NCBI GenBank assembly: GCA_927439925.1
Contig: CAKMKF010000040.1
Location: 1 to 62,032, forward strand
Direction of reading: 5' to 3'
Length of the DNA: 62,032 nt
Source: an uncultured Acholeplasmataceae bacterium
GTDB lineage: Bacteria; Bacillota_I; Bacilli_A; Acholeplasmatales; Acholeplasmataceae
Shown here: positions 39,713 to 51,000 of the stretch, one piece after another
Numbering within the stretch: the first letter of the stretch is position 1
How the letters are laid out: each line of letters starts with the position of its first letter
Position numbers and translations under genes: made by a program
Notes under the pieces: generated by a model
Told to the model about the DNA's origin: nothing
Databases searched by the model: none
The model's input: the letters and a program-made list of their open reading frames with translations, nothing else

Positions 39713-40736
39713 AGTGACTAAGAAAAGAACAATTTACACCATTGCCGATGAACTAAATCTAGCACCTGGAACCATCTCAAAAGTCATTAATAGAACAGGA
39801 AATGTTAGTGACCTAACCAGAGAAAGAGTGCTTGCCTATATTAAGGAAGTTGGATATGTTCCTGCATCAAGTGCTAGAATGTTAAAATCCAAAAGAACTT
39901 ATACAGTAGGTATAGTTTTCACTGAAGAATCTGACGTTGGTTTAGAGCACTCCTTTTTCTCAAGCATTTTACAACATTTTAAAACCTATGTTGAAAAAGA
40001 AGGTTATGAATTATCATTTATTGTAAAAAAACTAGGAAAACACGAACTTTCCTATTACGAATGGTGTATCAATAAGCGTGTTGATGGAGTCTATATCGTG
40101 GTAGGCAACTACACAGATCAAGGGCTATACGATCTTATAAAAAGCGGTATTCCATGTGTATCAACAGATATGTTACTTCCTGGCCTACATACAGTCATTA
40201 GCGATAACGATCAAGGGATTAGAATAACTCTTGAATATATAAAAAACTACTTAAAAAAACAACGTGTATCCATGATTTCAGGTCCTATTTCTTCTAAAGC
40301 TTTCAATGAACGTCTGGTAGCTTATCAGAATTATGCTTCTAAATTGTCCTTGACAAGCGATTTAAATTCTATTGTTTTCGCTGAAAGCTTTGGTTTCACA
40401 AGTGGATATAATGCAGTGAAAAAGTTGTTTGAACAAATGAACGAAAAACCAGAAGTTATTTTGGTAGCTTCAGATGATATAGCATTAGGTGTTTTAAAGG
40501 GTTTAAGAGACATGGATTTGAATGTTCCTGAAAACATTCAAGTCATTGGATTTGATGATATAGCATTCGCTAAGCATTTTACACCATCACTTACGACGAT
40601 TGCACAAGATCGCAGACTCCTTGGAGAAACTGCAGCAAAACTGCTGATTCAATTGATGGAAAACCCCGACCAAGAAGTTGAAGAGGTAGTAAAACTACCA
40701 GTAGAATTAATCATAAGAGATTCGACAAAGATATAA
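39705..40736 (+). CDS. LacI-family transcriptional regulator (paralogue of 30047-31063)
   Basis: TIYTIADELNLAPGTISK HTH, ARML hinge, IGFDD, PSLTTI; GTG start. Confidence 0.92.
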   Translation: MNKVTKKRTIYTIADELNLAPGTISKVINRTGNVSDLTRERVLAYIKEVGYVPASSARMLKSKRTYTVGIVFTEESDVGLEHSFFSSILQHFKTYVEKEGYELSFIVKKLGKHELSYYEWCINKRVDGVYIVVGNYTDQGLYDLIKSGIPCVSTDMLLPGLHTVISDNDQGIRITLEYIKNYLKKQRVSMISGPISSKAFNERLVAYQNYASKLSLTSDLNSIVFAESFGFTSGYNAVKKLFEQMNEKPEVILVASDDIALGVLKGLRDMDLNVPENIQVIGFDDIAFAKHFTPSLTTIAQDRRLLGETAAKLLIQLMENPDQEVEEVVKLPVELIIRDSTKI

Positions 40737-40751
40737 AAAATTGCGTAGATA

Positions 40752-40811
40752 TTGAAAACGGTTCCACATTTGTGGTATGATATTAATAAACTAATAAAGA
40801 AACCGATTTCC
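40752..40811 (+). promoter_or_regulatory. Promoter with two LacI-type operators
   Basis: TGAAAACGGTTCCA (40753-40766) overlapping -35 TTGAAA; extended -10 TGGTATGAT (40773-40781); AGAAACCGATTTCC (40798-40811) abutting the GGAGG RBS. Confidence 0.78.
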
Positions 40812-40822
40812 TTGGAGGAAAT

Positions 40823-43800
40823 ATGAACACAAAAGAAATGGTTGAATACACCATCAAAGATTATCAAAAACAAAAAACATTCTCTAGTTTCTTAAGCGGT
40901 ATCGCTGGTAAGATGGGAATTCCCTTATGGGCATTTTATGTAAATCGTGGCCAATTGATCACATCATTTGGAATTCGTGATAAAAATGGCGCTATGATGG
41001 AGTTTTTTCCTGCAAATAATGCTTACCATTTTGTATCAGTTATTGGTTTTAGAACATTTATTAAAGTGAATGGTGAAGTCTACGAGTTCTTCAAAGAAAA
41101 AAATGAGCATCAAGACCTAATCATCAAACAAGATAGTGTATCTATTATAGAAAAGAATACAAAAATAGGAATCGAAGTTAAGATAACCTACTTTACACTT
41201 CCAAATGAAAGTGTTGCAGGATTAACTAGAAAAGTAGAGATTAAGAATTTAGATCAAAAAGAAAAAGATATCGAAGTTGTTGATGGACTTGCTCAAATGC
41301 TCCCATCTGGAATAGACTACGGTGGATATAAAGCAATATCAAATTTACTTCAAAGTTGGATGTCATCCATTCATGAAGAAAATTATGTATTTTACAAATT
41401 AAGAGCTTCAACAGATGATTCAGCAGAAGTTAACATGGTTTTAGATGGAAATTTCTATTTTACATCCGCAGAACAAGAAGTATTTTATATTAGTGATTAC
41501 AAATTAATTTTTAATGAAGACTTAAGCTTACAAACGCCTTATGGTTTTATTGAAAATGATTTGAATCAGTTAAAGAAAATCAGTCAAGTGCATGTCAATC
41601 AAGTGCCTTGTGCAATGAGTGGGTTTAGATTTAAGAATTTTAAAGAAGCTAAATTCATGAGTGTGATTGGTTACTCAAAAGATAAAGATAATTTAGCAAG
41701 CTTAGTAAAAAGAATGAACTTGGGTTATCTACTTGCAAAAGAAAATGAGAATAAGAGCATTCATGATGCAATCGTTGGAGCAATCGAAACAAACACTTCT
41801 AAACCGATAATGGATGCATATTTTAAACAATCTTACTTAGATAACGTTTTAAGAGGTGGTACACCGTTAATAGTAAAAACGCTAGATGGTCAAATTGGTT
41901 ATCACTTATATTCTAGAAAGCATGGAGATTTAGAAAGAGATTATAATTTCTTTTCACTAGAACCAGCGTTCTACTCACAAGGTAATGGTAATTTTAGGGA
42001 TGTACTTCAAAATAGAAGAAATGATTTATTCTTCTACCCAGAATTAGGCGATTTTAATATTTATCAATTCGTATCTTTAATTCAAGCGGATGGATACAAT
42101 CCACTATCGATTGAAGGTGTCAAGTTTACATTTGACGGTAATCTAGATAAATTTCCTAAATCACTTCATAGTACCTTAAAAGGTGAATACACACCAGGTA
42201 ATATAGCAACCAAACTCTTTAATGAAGGTCTAGAAATAGAAGAGACACTAAGAGAAGTTCTAAGAAATAGTCATGTTTTAGTTAAAGCAGCTTTTGGTGA
42301 AGGGTACTGGGAAGATCATTTCACTTACCTTTACGATTTAATTGATTCATATCTTTCAATTTATCCAGATCATTTAGAGGATTTGATTTTCAACAAGCAA
42401 TATCCATTCTTCAAATCTCCAGTTAAAGTTTTACCAAGACGCTTAAAATATGTAAAAACTAAGGATGGTAAAATTAGACAATATGGAGCAATCCATCATA
42501 CTCATGGTGCTTCCGATAGCTGGCTAGAAAATGAGAATGGTAAAATAAAGGTAAATCTTTATGCTAAATTGCTCACACTTGTCTTAAACAAATTTGGTCA
42601 CTTAGATCCTTATGGAATAGGTTTATCCTACGAAGGAAATAAACCGGGATGGAACGATGCCATGAACGGGGTTCCAGGGCTATTTGGATCAGGGGTATCA
42701 GAGACTGTTGAACTTTTAAAAATAGTTCAGTTCTTAATTAAAGTATCTGTTGATAATGGCGAAAGAAGCATTACGCTCTTGAAATCAACTGATAAACTCG
42801 CACATGCGTACATGCATTTAAATAGTAAAGATGATTACATCAACTGGAATGAACGCATGACACATCTTGAAACTTATAGAGATGAATTAGAAGGAAAACA
42901 AGAGTTAACAAACAATCACGTGGAGCATTATACAAGTTTATTACACCAAATCGAAAATAAACTTAAAGAAGCGCTTCAAAAAGCTAAAAAAATTAACTCA
43001 GTTTATCCAACATATATTACTTATGAAGCAAAAACATATGAAGACATCATCGATAGTGAAGGAAAACCAGTTATTGGTGAATATGGATTACCTGTCGTTA
43101 AGATTACTTCATTTGAAATGAAACCTTTACCAATCTTCTTAGAAGCTCCAGCAAGATATTTAAAAGGACTCTCAGAGAAGAAGGAAGCAAAAGAGATTTA
43201 TCAAGCAGTTAAAAAAACTGGACTCTATGATGATCGACTCAAATTCTATCAAACATCTGTATCTTTAGAAGACTATGATCATGAAATTGGTAGAATCAGA
43301 GCATTTACTCCAGGATGGTTAGAACGTGAATCTAATTTCTTGCATATGACTTATAAGTATTTACTTGGACTTTTAAAATCAGGATTATACCAGGAGTTCT
43401 TCAAGGAAATTGAAACAAACTATACATGCTTTATGGACCCACATGTTTATGGAAGATCACCTATTGAAAACTCGAGTTTTCTAGCAACATCTTCAAATCC
43501 AGATCCTAAAAAGCATGGACAAGGATTCGTTTCAAGACTTACAGGTTCTACAGCAGAATTGCTTTCAATGTGGAGATATATGTTTTTAGGAAATCATTTA
43601 TTTGGAATGCAAAATGGACAGCTCTATTTCGAGCTTTCACCAAAATTACCTAAAACATTTTTCAAGGATGGTATCGTTTCAGTTAAGTTATTTAACAAAA
43701 CAACGGTGACCTATCATTTAGAGGATGATATCGATACGTTTGATGAAAACGCTTATATCGAAAAAATGACGCTTCATAAAGATAATGAACTTTGTGAGGT

Positions 43801-43891
43801 TGAGGGAAGTAAAGTATTTGGTCAGTGGACAAGAGACATCCGAGAAGGTCATGTCTTTAAAATAAATGTCTATATTAGAGGAGGAAAATAA
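40823..43891 (+). CDS. GH161-type beta-1,3-glucan phosphorylase
   Basis: FSSFLSGIAG..GIP.W.FYVNRGQ, SRKHGDLERDYN, QGNGNFRDV.QNRR, GEGYW.DH, KPGWNDAMNG, GWLE.ES.FLHM.YKY, RLTGSTAE. Confidence 0.83.
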   Translation: MNTKEMVEYTIKDYQKQKTFSSFLSGIAGKMGIPLWAFYVNRGQLITSFGIRDKNGAMMEFFPANNAYHFVSVIGFRTFIKVNGEVYEFFKEKNEHQDLIIKQDSVSIIEKNTKIGIEVKITYFTLPNESVAGLTRKVEIKNLDQKEKDIEVVDGLAQMLPSGIDYGGYKAISNLLQSWMSSIHEENYVFYKLRASTDDSAEVNMVLDGNFYFTSAEQEVFYISDYKLIFNEDLSLQTPYGFIENDLNQLKKISQVHVNQVPCAMSGFRFKNFKEAKFMSVIGYSKDKDNLASLVKRMNLGYLLAKENENKSIHDAIVGAIETNTSKPIMDAYFKQSYLDNVLRGGTPLIVKTLDGQIGYHLYSRKHGDLERDYNFFSLEPAFYSQGNGNFRDVLQNRRNDLFFYPELGDFNIYQFVSLIQADGYNPLSIEGVKFTFDGNLDKFPKSLHSTLKGEYTPGNIATKLFNEGLEIEETLREVLRNSHVLVKAAFGEGYWEDHFTYLYDLIDSYLSIYPDHLEDLIFNKQYPFFKSPVKVLPRRLKYVKTKDGKIRQYGAIHHTHGASDSWLENENGKIKVNLYAKLLTLVLNKFGHLDPYGIGLSYEGNKPGWNDAMNGVPGLFGSGVSETVELLKIVQFLIKVSVDNGERSITLLKSTDKLAHAYMHLNSKDDYINWNERMTHLETYRDELEGKQELTNNHVEHYTSLLHQIENKLKEALQKAKKINSVYPTYITYEAKTYEDIIDSEGKPVIGEYGLPVVKITSFEMKPLPIFLEAPARYLKGLSEKKEAKEIYQAVKKTGLYDDRLKFYQTSVSLEDYDHEIGRIRAFTPGWLERESNFLHMTYKYLLGLLKSGLYQEFFKEIETNYTCFMDPHVYGRSPIENSSFLATSSNPDPKKHGQGFVSRLTGSTAELLSMWRYMFLGNHLFGMQNGQLYFELSPKLPKTFFKDGIVSVKLFNKTTVTYHLEDDIDTFDENAYIEKMTLHKDNELCEVEGSKVFGQWTRDIREGHVFKINVYIRGGK

Positions 43892-46483
43892 ATGAAAAAA
43901 CGTATTTTGTTTATGGTGCTTGTATTATTGTCTGCATTCGTATTGGTTGCATGCAATAACGAGCCAACAGTGCCAGTAGAACCAACACCGACACCAACGC
44001 CGGAACCAGTTCTAACAGCAATTACATTTAGCGGTGCCGATGATGTTACACTTGCTTTCTCAGCAGAATTCAATGTGTTAACTGGCGTTACTGCGACAGG
44101 AAATGACGGATTAAGTTATACAGCTCAAATCACATATGTATCAACATCCGCTATTTCAGAAACGCATATGCTTGATACCACTAAAGTTGGTAACCATGCA
44201 ATTCGTTATGAAGTTAAAGTAGGTACAATTACTGCTCAACGTTGGAGATATATTGAAGTAGAAGCTCCAGAAGGCGTTGAAGGCGAATACCTAGTTAACC
44301 CAGACTTTGCATTAGGTACAGCTGGTTGGGATGATCCAAGTGTTGTTTATAATGCTGACGGTTCATCAATGACTTTATCTGTTGAAGAAGGCGCACTTAA
44401 GGCAGAAGTTGTTGCTGGTTCTAACATCTATACTCCAAGATTTGGTCAAATGAATGTTCCATTCGAACAAGATCAAGCTTACAGAGTTACATTTGATGCT
44501 AAGTCAAGCGTAGAAAAGACAATTAACCTACAAGTTGGTGAATTATTGTCTTCTGCTCCTTGGTTTACAGATTTCAAACCTAACAACATCGTTCATAAGA
44601 CAATTACTACTGAATGGGCTACATATTCATATGAATTCATGCACACACTTGACAACAAGCGTGGTGGTGTATTATTTGAACTTGGTTCATTAAATGGTGT
44701 TGCAGTTGATGCTACATTATGGTTTGATAACGTTCTGATTGAAGAAATAACTCTTGGCGCAGATGAAACAGCTCCAATGATCAATGGTGTCTCTAACAAA
44801 TCAATTCTATTAAATGCAACATTTGATCCACTAGCTGGCGTTACTGCAGTTGATGGTATTGATGGCGATGTCACAGCTGATATCGTAGTCGTTATTAAAG
44901 ACAGTCTAGATGCAGTTGTAACAACTCTAGATACATCTGTTGAAGGTACTTACACAGTTTCTTACACAGTTTCAGATGCTGCTGGTAATGAAGCTACAGC
45001 TTCAATGACTCTAGAAGTAGTTGCTATGCAATTCTCTGCAACTAACAAGATTTTGAACCCATCATTTGCAGTTGCATTAGATGCAACAACTCCTGAATGG
45101 GGTGTTTGGTCACAAGATTGGGGTACTGCTCCAGTTGTTGTTCATGGTATTGATACTGTTGCTGGTGTTTACAATGTAGACATTACTGGTGGTGGAGATG
45201 CTGCATGGGCTGTTCAACTTTCTCAAGCTGGTCTAGTTGAAGTTGAAGAAGGTAAGACTTATAAATTATCATTTACAGTAGCTGCAGAAGCTGCACGTTC
45301 ACTTAATGTTGCTATTGGTTATACTGCTACTGATTGGGTTGAATATGCTAGAGAAAATGCTATTGCAATTACAACTACTGAAGATACTTATGAAGTATTA
45401 TTTACAGTAACAAAAGCTACTCATATCGTTAATATCGTGTTTGAACTAGGTTCACAACCAGGATTTGCTGACGGTTTAGTAACATTCTCTGAAGTTAAAC
45501 TTCAAGAAGCATCACTAGATGATATCGTTACAAACGGTGATTTCACAAATCTAGGTTGGACAGGATTTAAAAATGACTGGGATGGCACACAAGCTTCATT
45601 AACAGTTGTTGATGGCGAATTCGTATTTGGTTTAACTAAGTATGTTGGTGGTGGTGCAAATTGGATGCTTCAATTGATTCAAGATGGCGCAGCTGTTGGC
45701 TTATCAACAGTTGGTTCAACCACTTTATTACCAGACACTACTTACAATTTCAGCTTTGATGCATATGCTTCACAAGCTGTAAGTATTACACCACTTATTA
45801 CTTCAGGCGAACCATTTGGCTGGGTAAACCTATACACAGGTGGTGCAGTAGCAATAACTACAACGAAGACAACTTATGACCTAACATTTACAACTGGTGC
45901 TACAGTTGATCCTAATTACATGATTAAGTTTGAATTTGGTACAGCATTTGCTCCATTTGAAACAGGTAACGAATTTATTAAATTTGATAACCTAACATTA
46001 AAAGCTGATGTAGCTGAAGCTGCTGAACAAGTTGTTAATGGAACTGCTGACCAAGTTTTAGGATTTACATTATTTACTGAAGGTGCTGGCCAAGGAACTA
46101 TGACTTATGTTGACGGTCAAATGGTAGTAGATGTTACAGGTTTAGATGCTCAAGCATACCAACCTCATTTATATCAAATGATTGGTGACTTAGCTCCAGG
46201 AACTTACGTCTTAAAATTTGTCATTACAAGTGACGTAACTAGAGATCTTCGTGTTAACTTGATTTTACCAGATGCTGGATACGCTTCAATTCTTCCAGAC
46301 ACTAAGTATGATTTCAATGTCGAAGCTGGCGTTGAAAAGGTTGTTGTTGTGGAATTTACTGTTGCTAACCCTGTTACCAACGTTAAATTTGAATTAGATT
46401 TCGGTACTCTTGGTGGAACATTAGTTTCATTACCAGCTGAGTTCACTATTTCTGAAATTTTAATTTACCAAAACTTTAATTAA
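43892..46483 (+). CDS. Surface lipoprotein with Ig-like and four CBM4-like modules, no catalytic domain seen
   Basis: VLVAC lipobox, PT linker, modules beginning LVNPDF, ILNPSF, VTNGDF, VVNG; Ig-like DETAP..FDPL..GTYTVSY. Confidence 0.82.
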   Translation: MKKRILFMVLVLLSAFVLVACNNEPTVPVEPTPTPTPEPVLTAITFSGADDVTLAFSAEFNVLTGVTATGNDGLSYTAQITYVSTSAISETHMLDTTKVGNHAIRYEVKVGTITAQRWRYIEVEAPEGVEGEYLVNPDFALGTAGWDDPSVVYNADGSSMTLSVEEGALKAEVVAGSNIYTPRFGQMNVPFEQDQAYRVTFDAKSSVEKTINLQVGELLSSAPWFTDFKPNNIVHKTITTEWATYSYEFMHTLDNKRGGVLFELGSLNGVAVDATLWFDNVLIEEITLGADETAPMINGVSNKSILLNATFDPLAGVTAVDGIDGDVTADIVVVIKDSLDAVVTTLDTSVEGTYTVSYTVSDAAGNEATASMTLEVVAMQFSATNKILNPSFAVALDATTPEWGVWSQDWGTAPVVVHGIDTVAGVYNVDITGGGDAAWAVQLSQAGLVEVEEGKTYKLSFTVAAEAARSLNVAIGYTATDWVEYARENAIAITTTEDTYEVLFTVTKATHIVNIVFELGSQPGFADGLVTFSEVKLQEASLDDIVTNGDFTNLGWTGFKNDWDGTQASLTVVDGEFVFGLTKYVGGGANWMLQLIQDGAAVGLSTVGSTTLLPDTTYNFSFDAYASQAVSITPLITSGEPFGWVNLYTGGAVAITTTKTTYDLTFTTGATVDPNYMIKFEFGTAFAPFETGNEFIKFDNLTLKADVAEAAEQVVNGTADQVLGFTLFTEGAGQGTMTYVDGQMVVDVTGLDAQAYQPHLYQMIGDLAPGTYVLKFVITSDVTRDLRVNLILPDAGYASILPDTKYDFNVEAGVEKVVVVEFTVANPVTNVKFELDFGTLGGTLVSLPAEFTISEILIYQNFN

Positions 46484-46495
46484 TAGGAGGCAATA

Positions 46496-47971
46496 ATGAA
46501 AAAATTATTAGCACTATTACTTGTTGCATTGTTTGCATTCGGGCTTGCTGCTTGCGGTAATGATGATCCTACAGTTGTTCCAACTGAAGAACCAACCGTA
46601 GTTCCAACAAATCCTGTACAAACAATTGAATTAACTTATGCGGATTGGGGTAATCCAGAATTCAATCAACGCATGATTGATGCATTTATGCTGAAATACC
46701 CTCATATCAGAGTAACACTTCGTCAAGATATTCCAGGCAGTGGAGCTGAATTTACAGGTAACCTTGTAACTGCAGCACAAGCAGGATTACTTCCAGACGT
46801 ATTTGCTACTGATAACGTACCAACAGTTATTAATGCTGGTTTAACACTTGATGTCGCATCTCTTTGGGATGCTGATCCAGATACTGATTTAGTATATGAT
46901 AACATCGCGCTAACTGGTGTATATAATAACAAGCGTTTTGCAGTTCCTTCATTCCAATTTTTGAAGGGCATTATGATTAACCTTGACATTTTTGCTGAAG
47001 CAAATTTAAACACAGTAGCTGGTCAATATCGTATCGATAATGATGGCTATCCTGTTAAGGATTGGACTCATGAAGAATTTGTTAATATTGCAAAAGCAAT
47101 TAAGAATTTTGACCTTGCTAACCAAGAAAATCTTGTTATTGGTATGGATACTTGGTATGGATCTCCAGATTTCCAACAAGTATGGCCAATGATGAATGAT
47201 GCAGATGTACAATATGATACATGGGATGGAACTGAATTCCATTACACATCTGCAGATTGGGTTTATGCAATGGAACAAAAAGTTGCACTTCACCAGTTAA
47301 CTGATGGAACAACGACTAGATTTACAGAAGAAGATTTAAATGCTGAAGAAAATGCACCGCTTCGTACCTATATGATTCAAACAGGTTATGCTGCGATGGA
47401 TATTGAAGGCTCATGGCAATTTGGTATTATTAACTTTGCAAAAGAAGAAAGTAATATTAATTTAGGCTTCTGGCCATATCCAAGTGGATCAGAAGGATTA
47501 TTCCCACCAACAATTTTGGATTACCAATGTGTATCTTCACAAACTGAGTATCCAGAAGAAGCTTATCTACTTGCTAAATGGATGACATTTGGTCAAGAAG
47601 GTTGGGAAGCTAGACTAGACTTACTTGAAGCAGATGCTGCAGCTGCAGAACTTGCTGGCGAACTTCCAGTTCACCTAGACAGATTCCCAGTGGCTGATTA
47701 TCCAGGCGTTTGGGATAGAGTATTTGACCTAGTTGATGATATCGAAGGTATTAATTATACGTTAAATCGTATTGAATATTCTAAGCCTGACCTAGACAAA
47801 TGGCTTCCAGGGTATAAAGATTTTTGGGCATGGGTCAATGATCCAGAAAACCCATACAACTGGACAAACCTAGTTGAAGCAGGACCAACTGCGGTACAGT
47901 CATATGCTGTACAATGGGAAAATAAAGCAAACGAACTTGTTCAAGCACAACTCGCTAGCTTAGGAAGTTAA
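46496..47971 (+). CDS. Carbohydrate ABC transporter substrate-binding lipoprotein
   Basis: LAAC lipobox, LTYADWG, PDVF, N.D.F, W..EEF...AK, AAM.I.GSW, EAY.LAKW. Confidence 0.88.
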   Translation: MKKLLALLLVALFAFGLAACGNDDPTVVPTEEPTVVPTNPVQTIELTYADWGNPEFNQRMIDAFMLKYPHIRVTLRQDIPGSGAEFTGNLVTAAQAGLLPDVFATDNVPTVINAGLTLDVASLWDADPDTDLVYDNIALTGVYNNKRFAVPSFQFLKGIMINLDIFAEANLNTVAGQYRIDNDGYPVKDWTHEEFVNIAKAIKNFDLANQENLVIGMDTWYGSPDFQQVWPMMNDADVQYDTWDGTEFHYTSADWVYAMEQKVALHQLTDGTTTRFTEEDLNAEENAPLRTYMIQTGYAAMDIEGSWQFGIINFAKEESNINLGFWPYPSGSEGLFPPTILDYQCVSSQTEYPEEAYLLAKWMTFGQEGWEARLDLLEADAAAAELAGELPVHLDRFPVADYPGVWDRVFDLVDDIEGINYTLNRIEYSKPDLDKWLPGYKDFWAWVNDPENPYNWTNLVEAGPTAVQSYAVQWENKANELVQAQLASLGS

Positions 47972-47993
47972 ACAAATTAATGACTGAATGGAA

Positions 47994-48017
47994 GAGAGGG
48001 GAAAATTTTCCCCTCTC
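47994..48017 (+). other. Intra-operon perfect palindrome / stem-loop without U-tract
   Basis: GAGAGGGGAAAATTTTCCCCTCTC between the two SBP genes. Confidence 0.75.
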
Positions 48018-48041
48018 CAATCCATTATTAATGGAGGTATC

Positions 48042-51000
48042 ATGCAAAAATTAATCCTATTTTTTAAAAAGGGAATGACTCTGATTAAAAACTTTTTTAC
48101 ACATATGTCACCTAAGCGAATCACCTTAACCATTTTGGTTGGGCTTTTTGTTTTGATGATTGGCCTTTCTTTTTTTAAAAAGTCTACCATGAATGATTTT
48201 TATGATGCTTCAGATTTGATTAATGATTACGATAATACATACCTATCTCAAGCATTTAATTCAGATTTATACACTGAAGTTGTTCAAAGATATAATCAAG
48301 AAAATTTAGTTGAAACAGATGAAGAGAAAACGATTTTGACTGGTGATATGACAGGTTTTCGTATTCCGAAAACACATATTAACTATGGAGAATCGGTTCT
48401 TGACTATGAAGCAATAACGGGAGTCGACCAAGACGTATTTTTACTGACATCCATTTCTCCAGTTTCTTTCGTAAATACCAGTACTGCATCTGGTTTGTAT
48501 TATCTTGCTATAGATTACCAAGAAATAGAAAATAGCATCAATAACGCTCAAATCGCGATAACTATTAATGGAGAAATCCCATTTTATGAGTCTCAAACCC
48601 TAGTTATACCGTCCAAATGGGTATTAAACTCGACTGATTTTACATTAGACCGTTATCAAAATGAAATTCAACCTAGTTCAACTAAAGTTAAAGATTGGAA
48701 TCATCATAAGATTAATGATTACCGTGGAATGCACCCTGGTCTTTTTGCATTTGAACTTGAACCTGGTGATGTCATTGAAATTAATTATGTGAATGCACAA
48801 TTATTAATAGGGCAAGCATATTTTGTTAGAGAAACAGATATTCCAAGTTATCAAGATTATTTACTCCAATTTCCAAATGCAAATGTAATTGATGATAGTA
48901 TTACAGTATCAGCTAGAGAAATGGCGTCTCGTAATGATCCATCTATTCGTTTAAGACCAGAACAAGACCCATCAAACTTATATTACAATACACAATTTTT
49001 GAGATTGAATACAATTTTTGGTGATTCATGGCAGAACAGCGGGCAAGCAGTGACTTATGAAATAGAAACTACACAAGCTGGTTTTTACCATTTATCATTT
49101 AAATATCGCCAATATTTGATTAAAGATATGCAAGTATTCAGAAAAATCATGATCAATGGTGAAATTCCATTTGATTCATTAGAAGCATATCCATTTCCAT
49201 ATACAACTTCATTTATCAATCGTACGTTGGTTGATGAATCGAATGCACCTTTAAAGATTTATTTAGAAGAAGGTGTGAATACAATAACTCTAGAAGCAGT
49301 TAACTATCCATATCGTCAAACACTCGAAACCATCCAATACGTGATGAGTGAGATTCAAGGATTATCACTAGATATCAAGAGATATACAAGTGGTGGAACC
49401 GATCGTTATCGTGACTGGGATATTGAAGCGTACTTCCCAGAGGCTGCACCAAATATTCTAGGATGGGCTAATTTATTAGAAGATTCCTATGATAAACTTG
49501 TTAAATTATCTGTTGTAGATGAACCTTCTGAAGTTGGGAATTTAAAGGTTGCAGCTAACAGATTAAGAAATATTGCAGAAGATATCAATAAACTCCCAAG
49601 TTTAATGGTTCAGTTTTCTGATGGAGATTCATCAGTTAACCAAATATTAGGAAATTTAATGCAACGTTTAATGCGTTCTAATTTAGAACTTGAGCGTACC
49701 ATTTTCCATGGTGATGTCAAAATTGATAAACCGTTTGAAAATATTTTTGTACGCACATGGGAAGGAACTAAACGATTGGTATTATCGTTTGTAAATAATC
49801 CATATTCTGCATCCTCAAGAAAAGATAATGAGGTTACAGTATGGGTAAACCACCCAAGACAATATATTGAAATTATGCAAGCACTCATAGATGAAAAATA
49901 TGATGGTGACATGCGTATTACATTATCTCAAATGCCAGATCAAAACAAACTAGTACTAGCGAATGCGAGCGGACAAGCACCTGACGTCACGATTGGTGTA
50001 AACCACTGGTTACCTTATGATTTTGCAGTTCGTGATGCAGCTCTTGACTTGCGTCAATTTGAAGGTTATGAAGAAATCGTAACGCACTTTACGAAAGGTG
50101 CAATGATTCCTTATGTATTCGAAGAAGGAGTTTATGCACTTCCAGGAACTCAAAACTTCTGGGTTACATATTATAGAAAAGATATTTTGAATTCCATTGG
50201 AATTACTGAAATTCCTCAAACATGGGACGAAATCATTGAAATCTTACCTCTACTTCAAAGTTATGGTATGAACTATTTCGTACCGCTTGCTCAATATTCT
50301 GGACTTAAACCATTTGTTGCTACTCTACCTTTTATTTATCAATTTGGTGGGGATTTATACAGTCCTGATGGTATGCAAACAGCTATTAATAGTGAAGAAA
50401 CACTCGAAGGTATCAAATTAATGAGTGAACTCTACACCCTATATAACATGCCAAAATTTGTGGCATCCTTTTACAATCACTTCAGATATGGATTACTTCC
50501 TATCGGAATATCTGATTTATCTACATACATCCTATTAGAAACTGCAGCAGCAGAACTTGATGGTTTATGGGGTATGGATCTACATCCTGGAGTCTATGAT
50601 GAAGATACTGATGAAATTATTCGTTACTCAGCAGTAGGTGCTCAAGCAAATATGATTATGAGTACGACAAAATATCCTGATGAATCATGGGATTTCCTAA
50701 AATGGTGGATGTCTACAGATATTCAAAGTGAGTTTGCATTCCTACTTCAATCAACTTATGGTCAAGCATATTTCTGGAATACAGCAAATCTTGACGCATT
50801 TAGAACACTTTCAATGCCAGATGAATACAAAAATATCGTCTTAGAGCAATGGGGTTATGGATTAGAAGCTCCACGTATTCCTGGAACTTATATGGTTGAA
50901 CGTGAAATCAGTAATGCATGGACTAAGATCGTATTCAATGGTGTCAATCCAAGACAAGCTTTAGATGAAGCTGTGCGTATATCAAACCGTGAAATTATTT

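Noticed and set aside
40823-43891. GH149 or GH94 cellobiose phosphorylase assignment
   Set aside because: Motifs (QGNGNFRDV.QNRR, HGDLERDYN) fit my recollection of GH161, not the GH149 GNWRDIFQNW pattern; needs HMM confirmation.
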